DNA of 64,000 nt. Origin: a virus. Its lineage: Duplodnaviria; Caudoviricetes. The number at the start of each line of letters is the position of its first letter. Position 1 is the first letter of the stretch. Of this stretch, positions 46,301 through 57,528 are shown piece after piece. Both the position numbers and the translations under genes were made by a program. The notes below the pieces were generated by a model. It was not told where the DNA came from, searched no databases, and worked only from the letters and a program-made list of their open reading frames with translations. The stretch lies in the IMG/VR virus record IMGVR_UViG_3300027255_000165, one strand, 5' to 3'.

Positions 46301-49300
46301 AAGTACCTGATGTACCAGAAGAACCTGATGTTCCAGCAGTACCTGAAGTACCTGATGTACCAGAAGAACCTGATGTACCAGATGAACCAGATGAACCTGA
46401 AGTACCCGAGATACCGCCTGCACCTGCAACCGTGTATTTAATAATTAGCATGTTTCCGATCACTGGCACATAACCAGGATCTGGAGAGTTAATTCTAGCA
46501 ACAGTGAAGACTGCTTCGTTACCGACAATCAATTTAGCATTAATTGTGAACTCGTGTCTATCAGCACCGTTAAATTCGAACAATAGTTGTGAAGCAGCAC
46601 CCATCACATTATGAAGGGTTGTTCTGTCATTCATCCATCTATCGAAATTATTGATTCTAATTTCTGTTGCGTTGTATAGATCGCCTGTATTTGTGGTGAA
46701 GTTAGTTGCAGTTGCATCTCCTTGACCACCAAAGAAATAAGGCGCGTCAATTGTACCGTTAACACCTGATGTACCAGAAGTACCAGCAGTACCAGAAGTA
46801 CCGTTTGTACCGTTTGTACCAGAAGTGCCAGAAGTACCAGAAGTACCAGAAGTACCAGAAGTACCGTTTGTACCTGATGTACCGTTTGTACCTGAAGAAC
46901 CTGAAGTACCAGCAGTACCTGAAGAACCAGATGTACCAGAAGTACCGTTTGTACCTGATGTACCGTTTGTACCTGAAGAACCTGATGTACCAGAAGTACC
47001 AGAAGTACCGTTTGTACCTGAAGTACCGTTAGTACCTGAAGAACCTGAAGTACCGTTAGTACCTGAAGTACCGTCTGTACCATCTGTACCTGAAGAACCT
47101 GAAGTACCGTTTGTACCTGAAGAACCTGAAGTACCGTTTGTACCATTTGTACCTGAAGAACCTGAAGTACCGTTTGTACCATTTGTACCTGAAGAACCTG
47201 AAGTACCGTTTGTACCTGAAGAACCAGATGAACCCGAAGAACCCGAAGAACCCGAAGAACCTGAAGTACCGTTTGTACCTGAAGAACCAGATGAACCCGA
47301 AGAACCTGAAGAACCTGAAGTACCGTTTGTACCTGAAGAACCAGATGAACCCGAAGAACCTGAAGAACCTGAAGTACCGTTTGTACCTGAAGAACCCGAA
47401 GTACCGTTTGTACCTGAAGAACCCGAAGTACCGTTTGTACCATTTGTACCTGAAGAACCCGAAGTACCGTTTGTACCGTTTGTACCTGAAGAACCCGAAG
47501 TACCAGAAGTACCAGAAGTACCAGAAGTACCAGATGAACCAGAAGTACCAGAAGTACCAGATGAACCTGAAGAACCGCCAGTACCATTTGTACCAGATGA
47601 ACCTGAAGTACCTGAAGTGCCTGAAGTACCAGATGAACCTGAAGTACCAGATGAACCTGAAGTACCTGAAGTACCCGAAGTACCCGAAGTACCTGAAGTA
47701 CCAGATGAGCCTGAAGTACCTGAAGTGCCTGAAGTACCAGATGAACCTGAAGTACCAGATGAACCTGAAGTACCTGAAGTACCCGAAGTACCTGAAGTAC
47801 CTGAAGTACCAGATGAGCCTGAAGTTCCGTCTGTACCAGATGAGCCTGAAGTTCCGTCTGTACCAGATGAGCCTGAAGTTCCGTCTGTACCAGATGAACC
47901 TGAAGTTCCGTCTGTACCAGATGAACCTGAAGTACCTGAAGTACCTGAAGTACCTGAAGTACCTGATGTACCATCAGTGCCGTCTAAGCCTGAAGTACCA
48001 GATAGACCCGATGAACCAGAAGTACCATCTGTACCTGATGAACCAGAAGAACCTCCTTCACCAGTTATACCTGATGAACCAGAAGTACCAGAAGTACCAG
48101 AAGTACCAGATGTTCCTGAAGTACCGTTTGTACCTGATGAACCTGAAGTACCAGAAGTACCAGAAGTACCAGATGAACCTGAAGTACCAGAAGTACCAGA
48201 TGTTCCAGATGTACCGTCTGTGCCAGAAGTTCCAGAAGTACCAGAAGAACCTGGAAGACCAGCTTCACCTGAAATGTAACCTTTAAATGTCCATGCGCCG
48301 CCACCTGGAGTAGATCCTTCGTTAGCCGTACATGTCTCTTCGATCACTGTTTGTACCGCACCAGGGGCGTGGCTGTTAGTAACAATACCACCAGAATAGG
48401 TTGCGATTGTGTTAAGTGATGAAGTTGAATAAGTAGTCATCAACAGCACCTGTGCGTTAGCGTTGTAAGCGTCAACTTTCAATACATCAGCGTAATCAAT
48501 ATCTGCTTGAGTGTATGCGTCGTCGCTACCACCGTCAGGTGCGTCTGTAATAAGAACAATGTACTTAGCAACACCTTCTCTAAAGCCACCTACCATACCA
48601 GAGTTGATTACTCTATCAAGAGCAATACCTGCTGGTTCTGGAGTACCTTGACCATTACCTAGAGGGAAGTCAACTGTATTCATCTTGTTCAACTGTGAAG
48701 TGAACGAAGAGATGTTGTTTGACGAGAATGTCTCTAGAGCAGTGATGTGTGAAGATCTGCTAGCTGTGTAATTGTTTAGAATGTATCTCTGTGTAGATGG
48801 AAGAGCGTTGTAAGTTGCAGTTGCACCGTAAGTTGGTGTACCGTCAACTCCGTACTCGTCAAATGTTACAAGAGATAGTCTGTAGTTGTTATTAGATTCT
48901 GTCTCGATCGTTGAAGCGATAGCTGCAATTGAAGACTTAACGTTGTTGATTGCTCCACCCATTGAACCGGTGTAGTCAACCAAGAACACAACGTCCATAC
49001 CTTGATCACATGGTGCAGGGTTACCAGGACCATAGCCTGACCATTCCCAAATACCACCGTCACAGTCAAAATAAAGTTGACCAACGAATGAACCTGTTAC
49101 GTCACCATTTGGATCGCCGTAACATCCTGATTTAGCGCCATCATAACCTGATGAACCTGAAGTACCAGATGTACCTGATGTACCTGATGTACCATCTGTA
49201 CCTGATGAACCTGAAGTACCTGAAGTACCCGAAGTACCTGAAGTACCTGATGTACCTGATGTACCATCTGTACCTGATGAACCAGAGGTACCAGAAGTAC

Positions 49301-50228
49301 CAGAAGTACCAGAAGTACCAGAAGTACCAGAAGTACCAGATGAACCTGAAGAACCGCCAGTACCATTTGTACCAGATGAACCTGAAGTACCTGAAGTGCC
49401 TGAAGTACCAGATGAACCTGAAGTACCAGATGAACCTGAAGTACCTGAAGTACCCGAAGTACCCGAAGTACCTGAAGTACCAGATGAGCCTGAAGTACCT
49501 GAAGTGCCTGAAGTACCAGATGAACCTGAAGTACCAGATGAACCTGAAGTACCTGAAGTACCCGAAGTACCTGAAGTACCTGAAGTACCAGATGAGCCTG
49601 AAGTTCCGTCTGTACCAGATGAGCCTGAAGTTCCGTCTGTACCAGATGAGCCTGAAGTTCCGTCTGTACCAGATGAACCTGAAGTTCCGTCTGTACCAGA
49701 TGAACCCGAAGTACCTGAAGTACCTGAAGTACCTGAAGTACCTGATGTACCATCTGTACCTGATGAACCTGAAGTACCAGATGAACCGGAACTACCGTCC
49801 GTACCATCTAGACCCGAAGTTCCAGATAGACCTGAAGTACCAGATGAACCTGAAGAACCTGAAGTGCCTGAAGTACCCGAAGTACCTGATGAACCGGAAC
49901 TACCGTCCGTACCATCGGTACCGTCTGTACCTGATGAACCAGATGAGCCTGAAGAACCTGAAGTACCCGAAGTACCTGAAGAACCAGATGTACCTGAAGA
50001 TCCAGATGTACCTGAAGTTCCTGAAGTACCAGCGGTACCAGAAGTACCAGAAGTACCAGACGAACCAGACGTACCTGAAGAACCAGAAGTACCAGACGAG
50101 CCAGACGTACCTGATGAACCCGAGGTACCCGAAGTTCCGGCTGTGCCGGAAGTACCTGAAGTACCGTTAGTACCTGAAGAACCAGAAGAACCTGAGGTAC
50201 CTGTCGTTTTAATTAAAGGAATTGCCAT
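43398..50228 (-). CDS. giant fibre protein: GTS/GSS repeats, vWA domain, collagen-like segments and S74 chaperone
   Basis: 2276 aa; v[14 protein letters not shown]...[12 protein letters not shown]; C-terminal SSLRFKTDV...FTWK..GFIAEEV. Confidence 0.88.
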   Translation of the reverse strand: MAIPLIKTTGTSGSSGSSGTNGTSGTSGTAGTSGTSGSSGTSGSSGTSGSSGTSGSSGTSGTSGTAGTSGTSGTSGSSGTSGSSGTSGTSGSSGSSGSSGTDGTDGTDGSSGSSGTSGTSGTSGSSGSSGTSGLSGTSGLDGTDGSSGSSGTSGSSGTDGTSGTSGTSGTSGTSGSSGTDGTSGSSGTDGTSGSSGTDGTSGSSGTDGTSGSSGTSGTSGTSGTSGTSGSSGTSGSSGTSGTSGTSGSSGTSGTSGTSGTSGTSGSSGTSGSSGTSGTSGTSGSSGTNGTGGSSGSSGTSGTSGTSGTSGTSGTSGSSGTDGTSGTSGTSGTSGTSGTSGSSGTDGTSGTSGTSGTSGSSGYDGAKSGCYGDPNGDVTGSFVGQLYFDCDGGIWEWSGYGPGNPAPCDQGMDVVFLVDYTGSMGGAINNVKSSIAAIASTIETESNNNYRLSLVTFDEYGVDGTPTYGATATYNALPSTQRYILNNYTASRSSHITALETFSSNNISSFTSQLNKMNTVDFPLGNGQGTPEPAGIALDRVINSGMVGGFREGVAKYIVLITDAPDGGSDDAYTQADIDYADVLKVDAYNANAQVLLMTTYSTSSLNTIATYSGGIVTNSHAPGAVQTVIEETCTANEGSTPGGGAWTFKGYISGEAGLPGSSGTSGTSGTDGTSGTSGTSGTSGSSGTSGTSGTSGSSGTNGTSGTSGTSGTSGTSGSSGITGEGGSSGSSGTDGTSGSSGLSGTSGLDGTDGTSGTSGTSGTSGTSGSSGTDGTSGSSGTDGTSGSSGTDGTSGSSGTDGTSGSSGTSGTSGTSGTSGTSGSSGTSGSSGTSGTSGTSGSSGTSGTSGTSGTSGTSGSSGTSGSSGTSGTSGTSGSSGTNGTGGSSGSSGTSGTSGSSGTSGTSGTSGTSGSSGTNGTNGTSGSSGTNGTNGTSGSSGTNGTSGSSGTNGTSGSSGSSGSSGSSGTNGTSGSSGSSGSSGSSGTNGTSGSSGSSGSSGSSGSSGTNGTSGSSGTNGTNGTSGSSGTNGTNGTSGSSGTNGTSGSSGTDGTDGTSGTNGTSGSSGTNGTSGTNGTSGTSGTSGSSGTNGTSGTNGTSGTSGSSGTAGTSGSSGTNGTSGTNGTSGTSGTSGTSGTSGTNGTNGTSGTAGTSGTSGVNGTIDAPYFFGGQGDATATNFTTNTGDLYNATEIRINNFDRWMNDRTTLHNVMGAASQLLFEFNGADRHEFTINAKLIVGNEAVFTVARINSPDPGYVPVIGNMLIIKYTVAGAGGISGTSGSSGSSGTSGSSGTSGTSGTAGTSGSSGTSGTSGTAGTSGSSGTSGTNGTSGTNGTSGTSGSSGSSGTSGTSGTSGTSGTNGTSGSSGTSGTSGTAGTSGSSGTNGTSGTSGSSGTSGTSGTSGTSGHDGAKSASSVVELGTGSFPGQLGFTADGLVYQWDGAAAWNLVADLNGTSGSSGSSGTNGTSGSSGSSGSSGSSGTNGTNGTSGTNGTSGSSGSSGSSGTNGTSGTNGTSGSSGSSGSSGTSGSSGTNGTSGTNGTSGSSGSSGSSGSSGTSGSSGVNGAKGATGAQGAQGAQGAQGAQGAQGAVGTAATIDVAPALTGAEGTPVEVLNIGTPLNANLEFTIPIGQKGQKGATGAQGAAGTSGTSGSSGTNGTNGTSGTNGTSGTSGSSGTNGTSGTNGTSGTSGTNGTSGTNGTSGTNGTSGTSGSSGTNGTSGTNGTSGTSGSSGTSGSSGVNGAKGSTGAQGAQGAQGASGSSGSSGTSGSSGVNGAKGATGAQGAQGATGAQGAQGNVGTAAQVNVAPTVTSAEGTPAQVVNLGDTLNANFEFTIPVGQKGQKGQTGATGAQGAQGAAGTSGTSGSSGSSGTSGSSGVNGAQGAQGAGGATGAQGATGAQGAQGAQGAQGAQGAAGTSGSSGTSGSSGTSGSSGVNGAKGSTGAQGAQGAQGATGAQGAQGAAGVNGTSGSSGTSGSSGVNGAQGAQGATGAQGAQGQKGATGAQGAQGAQGNTGTAATIDVAPALTGGPGTPVEVLNIGNATNANFQFTIPSGVQGAQGAGGAKGSTGATGAQGAQGAGGATGAQGATGAQGAQGAAAPITNNVNNRVLTATGSTTINGETNLTFDGNTLLWKAGDVGFYSQPGGPYPNGTWVEFSNSAMVNDGDMEAPMPMMWDFVSNGVGFQGSSLRFKTDVETLTFDAEEFLSLNAREFTWKESGKKDLGFIAEEVAAFDERLAVSDGQGGFISMHYDKMTVYLFEIVKDLHSRVKDLENRINKL
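47538..47975. repeat. ~438-bp direct repeat, copy 1
   Basis: Near-identical to 49317-49754 (offset 1779 nt, in frame); one mismatch seen by eye. Confidence 0.75.
49317..49754. repeat. ~438-bp direct repeat, copy 2
   Basis: Shares the unique anchor GAACCGCCAGTACCATTTG with copy 1. Confidence 0.75.
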
Positions 50229-50258
50229 TTTATAATAAATGTCTGTTTTGGTTTAGGT

Positions 50259-51017
50259 TTAATCTAGAGCTGATTTGTTGTAGATGATGTCAATAATGTC
50301 ATCTGCAGTCAAATCAAATCCTGAAAGTTCGCCGTTCCAGTATAATTCGTCGCCGGCTTCGATGTCAGCAATCAGCTTAGCTGTTAGACCTCCGTCATTG
50401 GAGAAGTAACAGTCTGATGTTCTAACACCGTTTCCTTCTTGAACACCAACACCGTTGACTAGAATGTCAACCGCTGAATCCAAGAAAGGAGTGTAATTAA
50501 TTGTAATGCCCGTCGCTGAATAATCACCGTTGGTTGGTAGAGGGTTTTGATCTCTTTGGTACACTTCGACTCCTGTGTCGACTGGTGCGCCACCAACTGA
50601 TGGTCTCCAAGGAAGGACATGTGCTGTCGTTTCGGTAATTGCCTGCATGATTGGGTTACTGTATGCATACGCGTCGTTTGTTGTGAACAATACAGGATTA
50701 CCCGTTCCTGAATCGTCAACAACATAAAACGCACCTGGGACAAGATTCCAAGTAGCAACTGTTACCTTACCAACCTGAACACCGACAAAAGTGTCGGCGG
50801 ATGGAGTTGATTCAATAACAATTCTACCTAGTTTGTCCTCAATAGATGCATCAGCAAGGACCCATGTACCACCGTCGAAGGCAACAACCTGACCTGCTGA
50901 GAAGCCATGGCCAACCTGTGTAAAGGTTGACTTTAGCGATCCAGACGTGATCGAAAGAATGATAGCGTCAAGAATCTCTTGCAAGCCATCAATCTGTTTG
51001 ATTTTGATTTGAGACAT
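50259..51017 (-). CDS. virion structural protein
   Basis: C-terminal domain paralogous to that of 57529-59490. Confidence 0.65.
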   Translation of the reverse strand: MSQIKIKQIDGLQEILDAIILSITSGSLKSTFTQVGHGFSAGQVVAFDGGTWVLADASIEDKLGRIVIESTPSADTFVGVQVGKVTVATWNLVPGAFYVVDDSGTGNPVLFTTNDAYAYSNPIMQAITETTAHVLPWRPSVGGAPVDTGVEVYQRDQNPLPTNGDYSATGITINYTPFLDSAVDILVNGVGVQEGNGVRTSDCYFSNDGGLTAKLIADIEAGDELYWNGELSGFDLTADDIIDIIYNKSALD

Positions 51018-51155
51018 GTCTTACTAGATTGTTTATTTGAGGTTTATGTTTGAGGGTTTTCTCACTATGGTATATATACACAAAGATTGGGTTAAAGTTT
51101 ACATACTGGCTGATTTTTAATCATTTTAATCAAAGACTTAATCTACGTAAATTGC

Positions 51156-52361
51156 ATGAAAAAGCTAGGCTCTCAGATAATAGATTTCAAACGAATGATT
51201 AGACAATATGAGTTCTTCATTGAGGACTTGAATGATCTAAAGGAAATACAATCTAATATTAATTCTGATTTTAGCTCCGCGATTGCAGGATTAAAAAGGC
51301 CAGATTTATTTGATAGTAAGGTAACTTCAGATGCAGCTGAACAGGCCAATCAAGCGAAAGATTCAGAAGAAGAGCCTGAAAGAGATCCTTCATTTAAGAA
51401 ACTTTTTAGAAAAATGGTGGTTAAGTGTCACCCTGACAGACTATCACCTGATACTTCTGATAGCGAAAGATTAAGACTTAAGCAGTTATATGAGAGCAGT
51501 ATTAAAGCTAATGATGATTATAACTGGGCTCTTTTAATTACTACTGCAATTAAGTTGGAGATTGAACTCGGTGAAGAGTATTATGATCATGTTAATGAAT
51601 TAAAACATGAAAGTGATAAAGTCCAAAAAGAAATTGAAGGTATTCAGGGTTCAGTTGCATGGACTTGGTATCACGCTAGTGAAGAAGAAAAGCCCAAAAT
51701 AATGCAACAGTATGTTAAGCACATGGAAAAATCGCTAGGATTAGATCGTAAAAAGGTTTTAATCTTAGGCGTAGGACATCCTAGAACTGGGACAGGTTTT
51801 ACAGCTTCTATATTAAGTAGCTGGGGTTTAAGAATAGGTCACGAAAAACTTATGGAGGATGGAATTGTAGCGTGGCAACATGTAATTGAAAATGGGCCAT
51901 GGCCGTGGATTAAGCACACTGATAAGTTAAAACCTGAAATCTTAATTTATAACGTCAGAAACCCTAAGGATTCTATTCCATCAATTGTTTTCACTGAAGA
52001 CGTTAGGCCCGAATCTCTTAAATTTAGAATTAGAAGAGGCAGGGTATCTAGATCATCGAATCCCGTTGAACAGGCTATTCATTCTATCTTAAGATGGGAC
52101 GAATTAATAATTAAAATGGGACCCAAGTTTACATATCGGGTTGAAGATCAAGCCATAGATTTGTTCAATTTCTTAAAAGATAAGAATCTAAACGTAAAAT
52201 GGGTTTCTCCACAGAGCGTGGTTAATGATCGAAAACATCAAGGATTTGAAAGTTTAAAGAATGAACTTCAATCAGTTTCGTCAGAGCTACAAAAGAAAAT
52301 GAACGCCTATTGTCAAAAATATGGATATGATCCCGTATTTTTAAACGTCCCAGAGGCCTGA
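51156..52361 (+). CDS. J-domain plus sulfotransferase-like fusion protein
   Basis: FKKLFRKMVVKCHPD (J-domain HPD); ILGVGHPRTGTG (5'-PSB-like) and VRNPKDSIPS (3'-PB-like); only substantial plus-strand gene. Confidence 0.72.
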   Translation: MKKLGSQIIDFKRMIRQYEFFIEDLNDLKEIQSNINSDFSSAIAGLKRPDLFDSKVTSDAAEQANQAKDSEEEPERDPSFKKLFRKMVVKCHPDRLSPDTSDSERLRLKQLYESSIKANDDYNWALLITTAIKLEIELGEEYYDHVNELKHESDKVQKEIEGIQGSVAWTWYHASEEEKPKIMQQYVKHMEKSLGLDRKKVLILGVGHPRTGTGFTASILSSWGLRIGHEKLMEDGIVAWQHVIENGPWPWIKHTDKLKPEILIYNVRNPKDSIPSIVFTEDVRPESLKFRIRRGRVSRSSNPVEQAIHSILRWDELIIKMGPKFTYRVEDQAIDLFNFLKDKNLNVKWVSPQSVVNDRKHQGFESLKNELQSVSSELQKKMNAYCQKYGYDPVFLNVPEA

Positions 52362-53471
52362 ATAGTGACATCTCAAATACGTTGGGCTTGAGTAGACGTG
52401 GCCAGTTGGATATTTAGATCTTAGCTTTCTACCGAATAGCGTATCTTCACTAACACCTCCTTTAGAATCTTCCCATTTAACTTCACAACTTGACATGTGA
52501 GCTAGCAACCAAGGTGTATTAACTACAAAACCTTCCTTAACCCTTGATTCAACAAATTTATAATCTTTAGAAAAAGGAGAGTTTAAGACTCTAGCATTTT
52601 CATAAGATTTTAAGACTTCTCCGGCAGCAGCGGATGAAGTTATCATTGCTTCATGATCAAACCATGCTGAATTTACCATCCAATCTGAATTTGGATTTGC
52701 ACGATGTTGAAGAACTAGCATTTCACAAAAATACGGAAGCATAAAATCATCTGAGTCACAATATGTAATAATATCACCGGTTGCGATAGTTACGCCCACT
52801 GCTCTTGGAATTCCTCTATAGATCTTTTCTCCAGTTTGATCTTTTTCATACATATTGCCATATCCAGATTTATCTACATAGGCATATTTGATGCGATTAA
52901 TTCCTTGAATTTCATTGATCCATAAATTATGAGTTACACTACATCCATCAGAAACGATAATCAACTCACAATTTTCATAAGTCTGTTTAATGAAACTTGC
53001 AATTGCTCTTTTAAACTTAAGCTCAGAATTTATACGAGAACCTGGATAATCTCCAAGATAAGTCTGCATTATAATTGAGATTTTAGGATAATCAATAGCT
53101 TTTCTTGATTCAACCTTTGGAGCGGGTGTTAGAGCTGGATCGGGTTTTTTCATGATAGGTCTTGTAAAAGTTTTAACATTTATCGTTGGCTGCGATGTTG
53201 GCTCTATTTTAGTTTGAGTTGGTTCTTGCCTTGGAAGTGTTTTTTCTTTTTCTATTTGTTCCTTTGCTTGTTCAAATCTACTTTTCTTTGGAGGCGCAGG
53301 TTCCACTTTCTTATCTTCGATCTTTGGCTTGGATTCAACCTTTTTAATTTCGGGTCTAGGTCTTAGAACTGGAGAAGGAGGAATAGGCTTTTGAATCTCC
53401 TGAGTTTTTTCAGATTCAACCGGTTTTGGAGTGTTATTAAACTCGTTTAATAGATCTAAATAGTTTTTCAC
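52341..53471 (-). CDS. GT2 glycosyltransferase with Pro/Lys/Glu-rich N-terminal extension
   Basis: ISIIMQTYLG, ELIIVSDGC, TYCDSDD. Confidence 0.82.
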   Translation of the reverse strand: MKNYLDLLNEFNNTPKPVESEKTQEIQKPIPPSPVLRPRPEIKKVESKPKIEDKKVEPAPPKKSRFEQAKEQIEKEKTLPRQEPTQTKIEPTSQPTINVKTFTRPIMKKPDPALTPAPKVESRKAIDYPKISIIMQTYLGDYPGSRINSELKFKRAIASFIKQTYENCELIIVSDGCSVTHNLWINEIQGINRIKYAYVDKSGYGNMYEKDQTGEKIYRGIPRAVGVTIATGDIITYCDSDDFMLPYFCEMLVLQHRANPNSDWMVNSAWFDHEAMITSSAAAGEVLKSYENARVLNSPFSKDYKFVESRVKEGFVVNTPWLLAHMSSCEVKWEDSKGGVSEDTLFGRKLRSKYPTGHVYSSPTYLRCHYSGLWDV

Positions 53472-53473
53472 GG

Positions 53474-54229
53474 TTATACGTCATGATTTTTCATTTTAGA
53501 GTGGCAGACTATATATGTATACTCTTTGAACATATAAGGTTTGTATTCTTTTTTCAATTCCTCAATAAATACTTTGTCTTCACCGCCCATTGGATCATCG
53601 ATACTGCTCCATTTTGAATTTACATTTCTGGAATGGACGACAAGATGTGTGCCTGAAGGATCTTCAAATGTTAACTTGTATAACATTAACTTGCCATACA
53701 ATGGCAGGTCTACAATGTAAATTTTGCCGGCCTTAGCATTGTTCTCAATAGTTTGCATATCCAACTTAAAGCTTGAAGTTATTTCAATTATTCCAGTTTT
53801 TTCAAACTTATAGGGTTCATCAATGATGATGGGTACAGATCCGCCGGTATTAAGCAAGAACTTTGCACCATTAGATTCAGTAATTGCTTTTGAAATTGAG
53901 CTTAAATGAGTAGGCATAATAACATCGTCTGCATCTAAATATGCAATATAATCACCTGTTGAATAATAAATGCCTAATTGTCTAATCTTTCCAGGCCATC
54001 TAGATTTTGATTTCTCAACCCAAATTAAATTAACATTATCGTATTTTGAAAAATGCTTTTCATATAGGCTCTTAGTTATGTCACATCCATCTGCTACTAT
54101 TACCAATTCTTTATTTTCATAATCTTGTTCTAAAAAAGAATTTACAGCTCTTTTGAATTTTGGAATAGAATTGGTTCTAGCATTTGGATATTCATCCAAG
54201 TAGCTCATCATGATAACGCTGATTTTCAT
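53474..54229 (-). CDS. GT2 glycosyltransferase
   Basis: ISVIMMSYL, ELVIVADGC, AYLDADD; paralogue of 52341-53471. Confidence 0.82.
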   Translation of the reverse strand: MKISVIMMSYLDEYPNARTNSIPKFKRAVNSFLEQDYENKELVIVADGCDITKSLYEKHFSKYDNVNLIWVEKSKSRWPGKIRQLGIYYSTGDYIAYLDADDVIMPTHLSSISKAITESNGAKFLLNTGGSVPIIIDEPYKFEKTGIIEITSSFKLDMQTIENNAKAGKIYIVDLPLYGKLMLYKLTFEDPSGTHLVVHSRNVNSKWSSIDDPMGGEDKVFIEELKKEYKPYMFKEYTYIVCHSKMKNHDV

Positions 54230-55420
54230 TTAGAAATATGTATTAGTTTGCCAATTGTAATTGTAACTTAATTGATGTTTATCCTTTTCAAAGAGATTTT
54301 CGATTAACTTCTCGTAAGTATCTAATAGATCTTGGTTTTTGACAGTGTATCTGTCTAGTACCTTTTGATTTCTTAGCTTATACTCTTCTAGATTATTATC
54401 GTGTTCTTCAATTGCATATTTTAATTGATTGTATCCCTCATTGACATTGAAATCTGAATAGTAGTACCCTGCATCCTTGATCATATCAGCATTGTGAACT
54501 AGTGGAAATCCAAAGTACATCACGTCTAGATAAGAATAATTTAGTGGGTTTTCCCACTGATGTGAAACTATAACGTCAGCTCCATTAGCTAAGTAGTGAG
54601 TAACGGGGTATCGTGATGTGAAACTAATCTTTGGACCTTGTGAGCCATTGACAATATCCATAGTCGCAATCATTGACTTAAAGTATCCATTCTTAAGAAG
54701 TCTTTGTCCACTCGCCACATTCATTTTCTTAAATTCTACACCTTCTCTAAGTGCTTTCTCTGCAATCATAATAGGTATCATTGCATATTTGACTACGTTT
54801 AAGTTAGGTTCAAATACTGATAGAAGCTTTTCAGAGTTTTCTTTACCTGGAATGTAGTATGGCGTTTTTGTCTTTTTAATTCTTGCCCTAAGCACCTCAA
54901 TATCTAAAAACATAGGATCCCATACAAAAGGAACTGGGAAAACGTTTTCATTTCTAAATGCAACCTTATAGTATTCATGATTTTGATAGCCCTGTTGGGG
55001 TACGTACCATAATTGATCGGCTCCTGGATCCCATGGTGCTTTACCCAGATCATTACCTTCTTTAAAAATAGAACGCTCCATATCAATTACATAAGAATTA
55101 CCGCACATGTATTTGACAACCTTCTTATTTGGTCCTGATTTTCTGAATTGATCTAAAATCTCAGTTGGAAAAGAAGTTCCAAGTGTTATTAAAATATCCA
55201 CGGTTGGATATACTTTCCAATAATCTTCGATTGGAAATTTATTAACGTCCCATGAAACCTTTGATAGATCTGTTACCTTTCGGCTAGTATCGAGAATTAC
55301 AACTTCATATTTGCCTATTTTCATTAGAGCATTTGCTAAGAGCAGGGCATTCAATTTAATACCGTTGATCCATATACTTTCGTAATCGGATTGTAGACCG
55401 ATTGTGATTCCTATCTTCAT
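54230..55420 (-). CDS. DUF2827-like glycosyltransferase-fold protein
   Basis: KIGITI..SIWINGIKLN, FEPNLNVVK, VSHQWENPLNYSYLD..YFGFPLVHN. Confidence 0.72.
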   Translation of the reverse strand: MKIGITIGLQSDYESIWINGIKLNALLLANALMKIGKYEVVILDTSRKVTDLSKVSWDVNKFPIEDYWKVYPTVDILITLGTSFPTEILDQFRKSGPNKKVVKYMCGNSYVIDMERSIFKEGNDLGKAPWDPGADQLWYVPQQGYQNHEYYKVAFRNENVFPVPFVWDPMFLDIEVLRARIKKTKTPYYIPGKENSEKLLSVFEPNLNVVKYAMIPIMIAEKALREGVEFKKMNVASGQRLLKNGYFKSMIATMDIVNGSQGPKISFTSRYPVTHYLANGADVIVSHQWENPLNYSYLDVMYFGFPLVHNADMIKDAGYYYSDFNVNEGYNQLKYAIEEHDNNLEEYKLRNQKVLDRYTVKNQDLLDTYEKLIENLFEKDKHQLSYNYNWQTNTYF

Positions 55421-55467
55421 CTATATTGTAAGTGTTTTTACTGGCTTTGTTTTATTTATTCGTCAAT

Positions 55468-55497
55468 AAAAAAGGGCTTCCCTTGCGGGAAGCCCTC
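55468..55497 (-). terminator. intrinsic terminator
   Basis: AGGGCTTCCC-GCAA-GGGAAGCCCT followed by a T-run on the minus strand. Confidence 0.8.
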
Positions 55498-55530
55498 TGT
55501 GAATTAAATCACTTAAAGGTTGTTATTCAA

Positions 55531-57393
55531 TTAAGCTTGAACACCAACGATTCTGATGATGTCAGAAGCTTCGATAGCATAAACTAGGTTTAGATCGAAA
55601 TCATTAGGATTCATTTGAGTAAATGCTACTCTTAGACCGTTAACGTAAACTTCTGTATCGAAAGAACCTTCTGCGAATAGAACTGGAGATGAAATAACAA
55701 CTGGACCAGCAGCAGCTGTAATACCAGTAACTTCAACTTCAGCGTATGTATCACCGAAAATTCTTAAATTAGTCTCAGCTGTTAGAGCAAGCTCTAGAGA
55801 ATCAACTGAATCGATGATAGCTAGAACGTCGCCGTTAGTAGCTTCGATTTCGTTCGCTAGAGCAAGCTCTAGAGAGTCAATTGACAAGTTAATACCTGCA
55901 ACTTCAGCGTTAGTAGTTGAGATTTCAGCTGCTAGAGCAAGCTCTAGAGAGTCAACTGAATCAACTAGAGCGCCTGAACCGTTGTTCAATGCAAGTTCTA
56001 GAGAGTCGATAGAAGCGCCGATTGCAGTAACGTCGTCGTTAGTAGCTTCGATTTCGCCAGTTAGAGCAGATTCTAGAGAATCAACTGAAGCGTCTAGAGA
56101 TGTTAGGTAGTTGTTAACGTAAAGCTCTCTTGAGATGAATGAGTTATCATTCACAAGGTCAAGACCCTGTACGTAAGAAACAACCTCTGCGAATTGGTCT
56201 AGATCAACTGTAGAACCGTCAAGAATTGCGTTAATTCTTTCAGATTCGATAGAAACAGCAACTTCTAGAGAATCAACAGATGCGCCTAGGAAACCTTCAG
56301 CAGCGCCTGCTCTTCCAGACTCAGTGTTGATAGCTGCGTAAAGTGCAGTAACATCAGTGTTAGTAGCTTCGATTTCGTTCGCTAGAGCAAGCTCTAGAGA
56401 GTCAACAGAAGCACCTAGGAAACCTTCAGCAGCGCCAGCTCTTCCTTCTTCAGCATCGATAGCTGCGTAAAGTGCAGTAACATCAGTGTTAGTAGCTTCG
56501 ATTTCGTTCGCTAGAGCAAGCTCTAGAGAATCAACAGATGCGCCTAGGAAACCTTCAGCAGCGATAGCTCTTTCTTCTTCAGCTGTAATTAGAGATACGT
56601 GCTCAAGGTGGTGAGTGTTCATCTCATCATTGTGCTTCTCTTCAAGAGAATTGATAGCCTGTTGTAGGTCTGCGTCAACACCTTCTAGAGAATCAACAGA
56701 AGCGATAAGAGCTGAAACGTCAGTACCAGCCTTGTTTTCTAGAGAGTCGATAGAAGCATTGATTGCAGTAACGTCGCCGTTAGTAGCTTCGATTTCGCCA
56801 GCTAGAGCAGATTCTAGAGAATCAACTGAAGAGTCTAGTCTGTTTAGTCTACCATCAACGAAAGTCTCTCTTGAGATGAATGAGTTATCATTCACAAGGT
56901 CAAGACCGTTTACGTAAGAAACAACTTCTGCAAATTGGTCTAGATCAACTGTAGAACCGTCAAGAATCGCATTGATTCTTTCAGATTCGATAGAAACAGC
57001 AACTTCTAGAGAATCAACAGATGCGCCTAGGAAACCTTCAGCAGCGATAGCTCTTCCAGACTCAGCGGTGATAAGACTAACGTGCTCATCGTGGTGAGTG
57101 TTCATCTCAGTTTCTCTTGTGTCAGCTTCAGCAGATAGAGCTGCGTAAAGTTCAGTAACATCAGTGTTAGTAGCCTCAATCTCAGCAGATAGAGCAGTTT
57201 CTAGAGAATCGACAGATGCAGATAGAGCCGAGTCAGCGGCGCCTCTTGCAGCGCTTTCGTCTACTAGATCAGATTCTACTGTGTCGAATCTTGCGTCAAC
57301 GTCGAATGCGTTAGGGATTTCAGTTGTCTTAACAGTTGCCCAGTTAACCTGTGCTAAGAAATCTGAAATTTGTTTTGAACGAATTTGTGCCAT
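55531..57393 (-). CDS. acidic coiled-coil repeat virion protein (SVDSLE repeats)
   Basis: Repeated ASVDSLE / EIEATN units and two copies of RINAILDGSTVDLDQFAEVVSYV; start trimmed to MAQIRSKQI. Confidence 0.7.
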   Translation of the reverse strand: MAQIRSKQISDFLAQVNWATVKTTEIPNAFDVDARFDTVESDLVDESAARGAADSALSASVDSLETALSAEIEATNTDVTELYAALSAEADTRETEMNTHHDEHVSLITAESGRAIAAEGFLGASVDSLEVAVSIESERINAILDGSTVDLDQFAEVVSYVNGLDLVNDNSFISRETFVDGRLNRLDSSVDSLESALAGEIEATNGDVTAINASIDSLENKAGTDVSALIASVDSLEGVDADLQQAINSLEEKHNDEMNTHHLEHVSLITAEEERAIAAEGFLGASVDSLELALANEIEATNTDVTALYAAIDAEEGRAGAAEGFLGASVDSLELALANEIEATNTDVTALYAAINTESGRAGAAEGFLGASVDSLEVAVSIESERINAILDGSTVDLDQFAEVVSYVQGLDLVNDNSFISRELYVNNYLTSLDASVDSLESALTGEIEATNDDVTAIGASIDSLELALNNGSGALVDSVDSLELALAAEISTTNAEVAGINLSIDSLELALANEIEATNGDVLAIIDSVDSLELALTAETNLRIFGDTYAEVEVTGITAAAGPVVISSPVLFAEGSFDTEVYVNGLRVAFTQMNPNDFDLNLVYAIEASDIIRIVGVQA

Positions 57394-57460
57394 GTATGTG
57401 GTTTTCGTATTTTTTGTTCTTGAAGCCGACTTTGTGCCAGCTTCAAGACTATATATCAAA

Positions 57461-57488
57461 ACAAAAGGGAGCGTTTAGCTCCCTTTTT
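57461..57488. terminator. intrinsic terminator
   Basis: AAAAGGGAGC-GTTTA-GCTCCCTTTT. Confidence 0.75.
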
Positions 57489-57528
57489 GATATAATATAG
57501 TGATATTTTCTGGAAAAAATGCGTTTTT

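Noticed and set aside
40520-50235. Long alternative-frame and antisense ORFs (VLQVHQV..., PEVPDEP..., YLKYQ...)
   Set aside because: These are shadow frames of the 9-nt periodic GTS/GAQ coding repeats, which lack stop codons by construction
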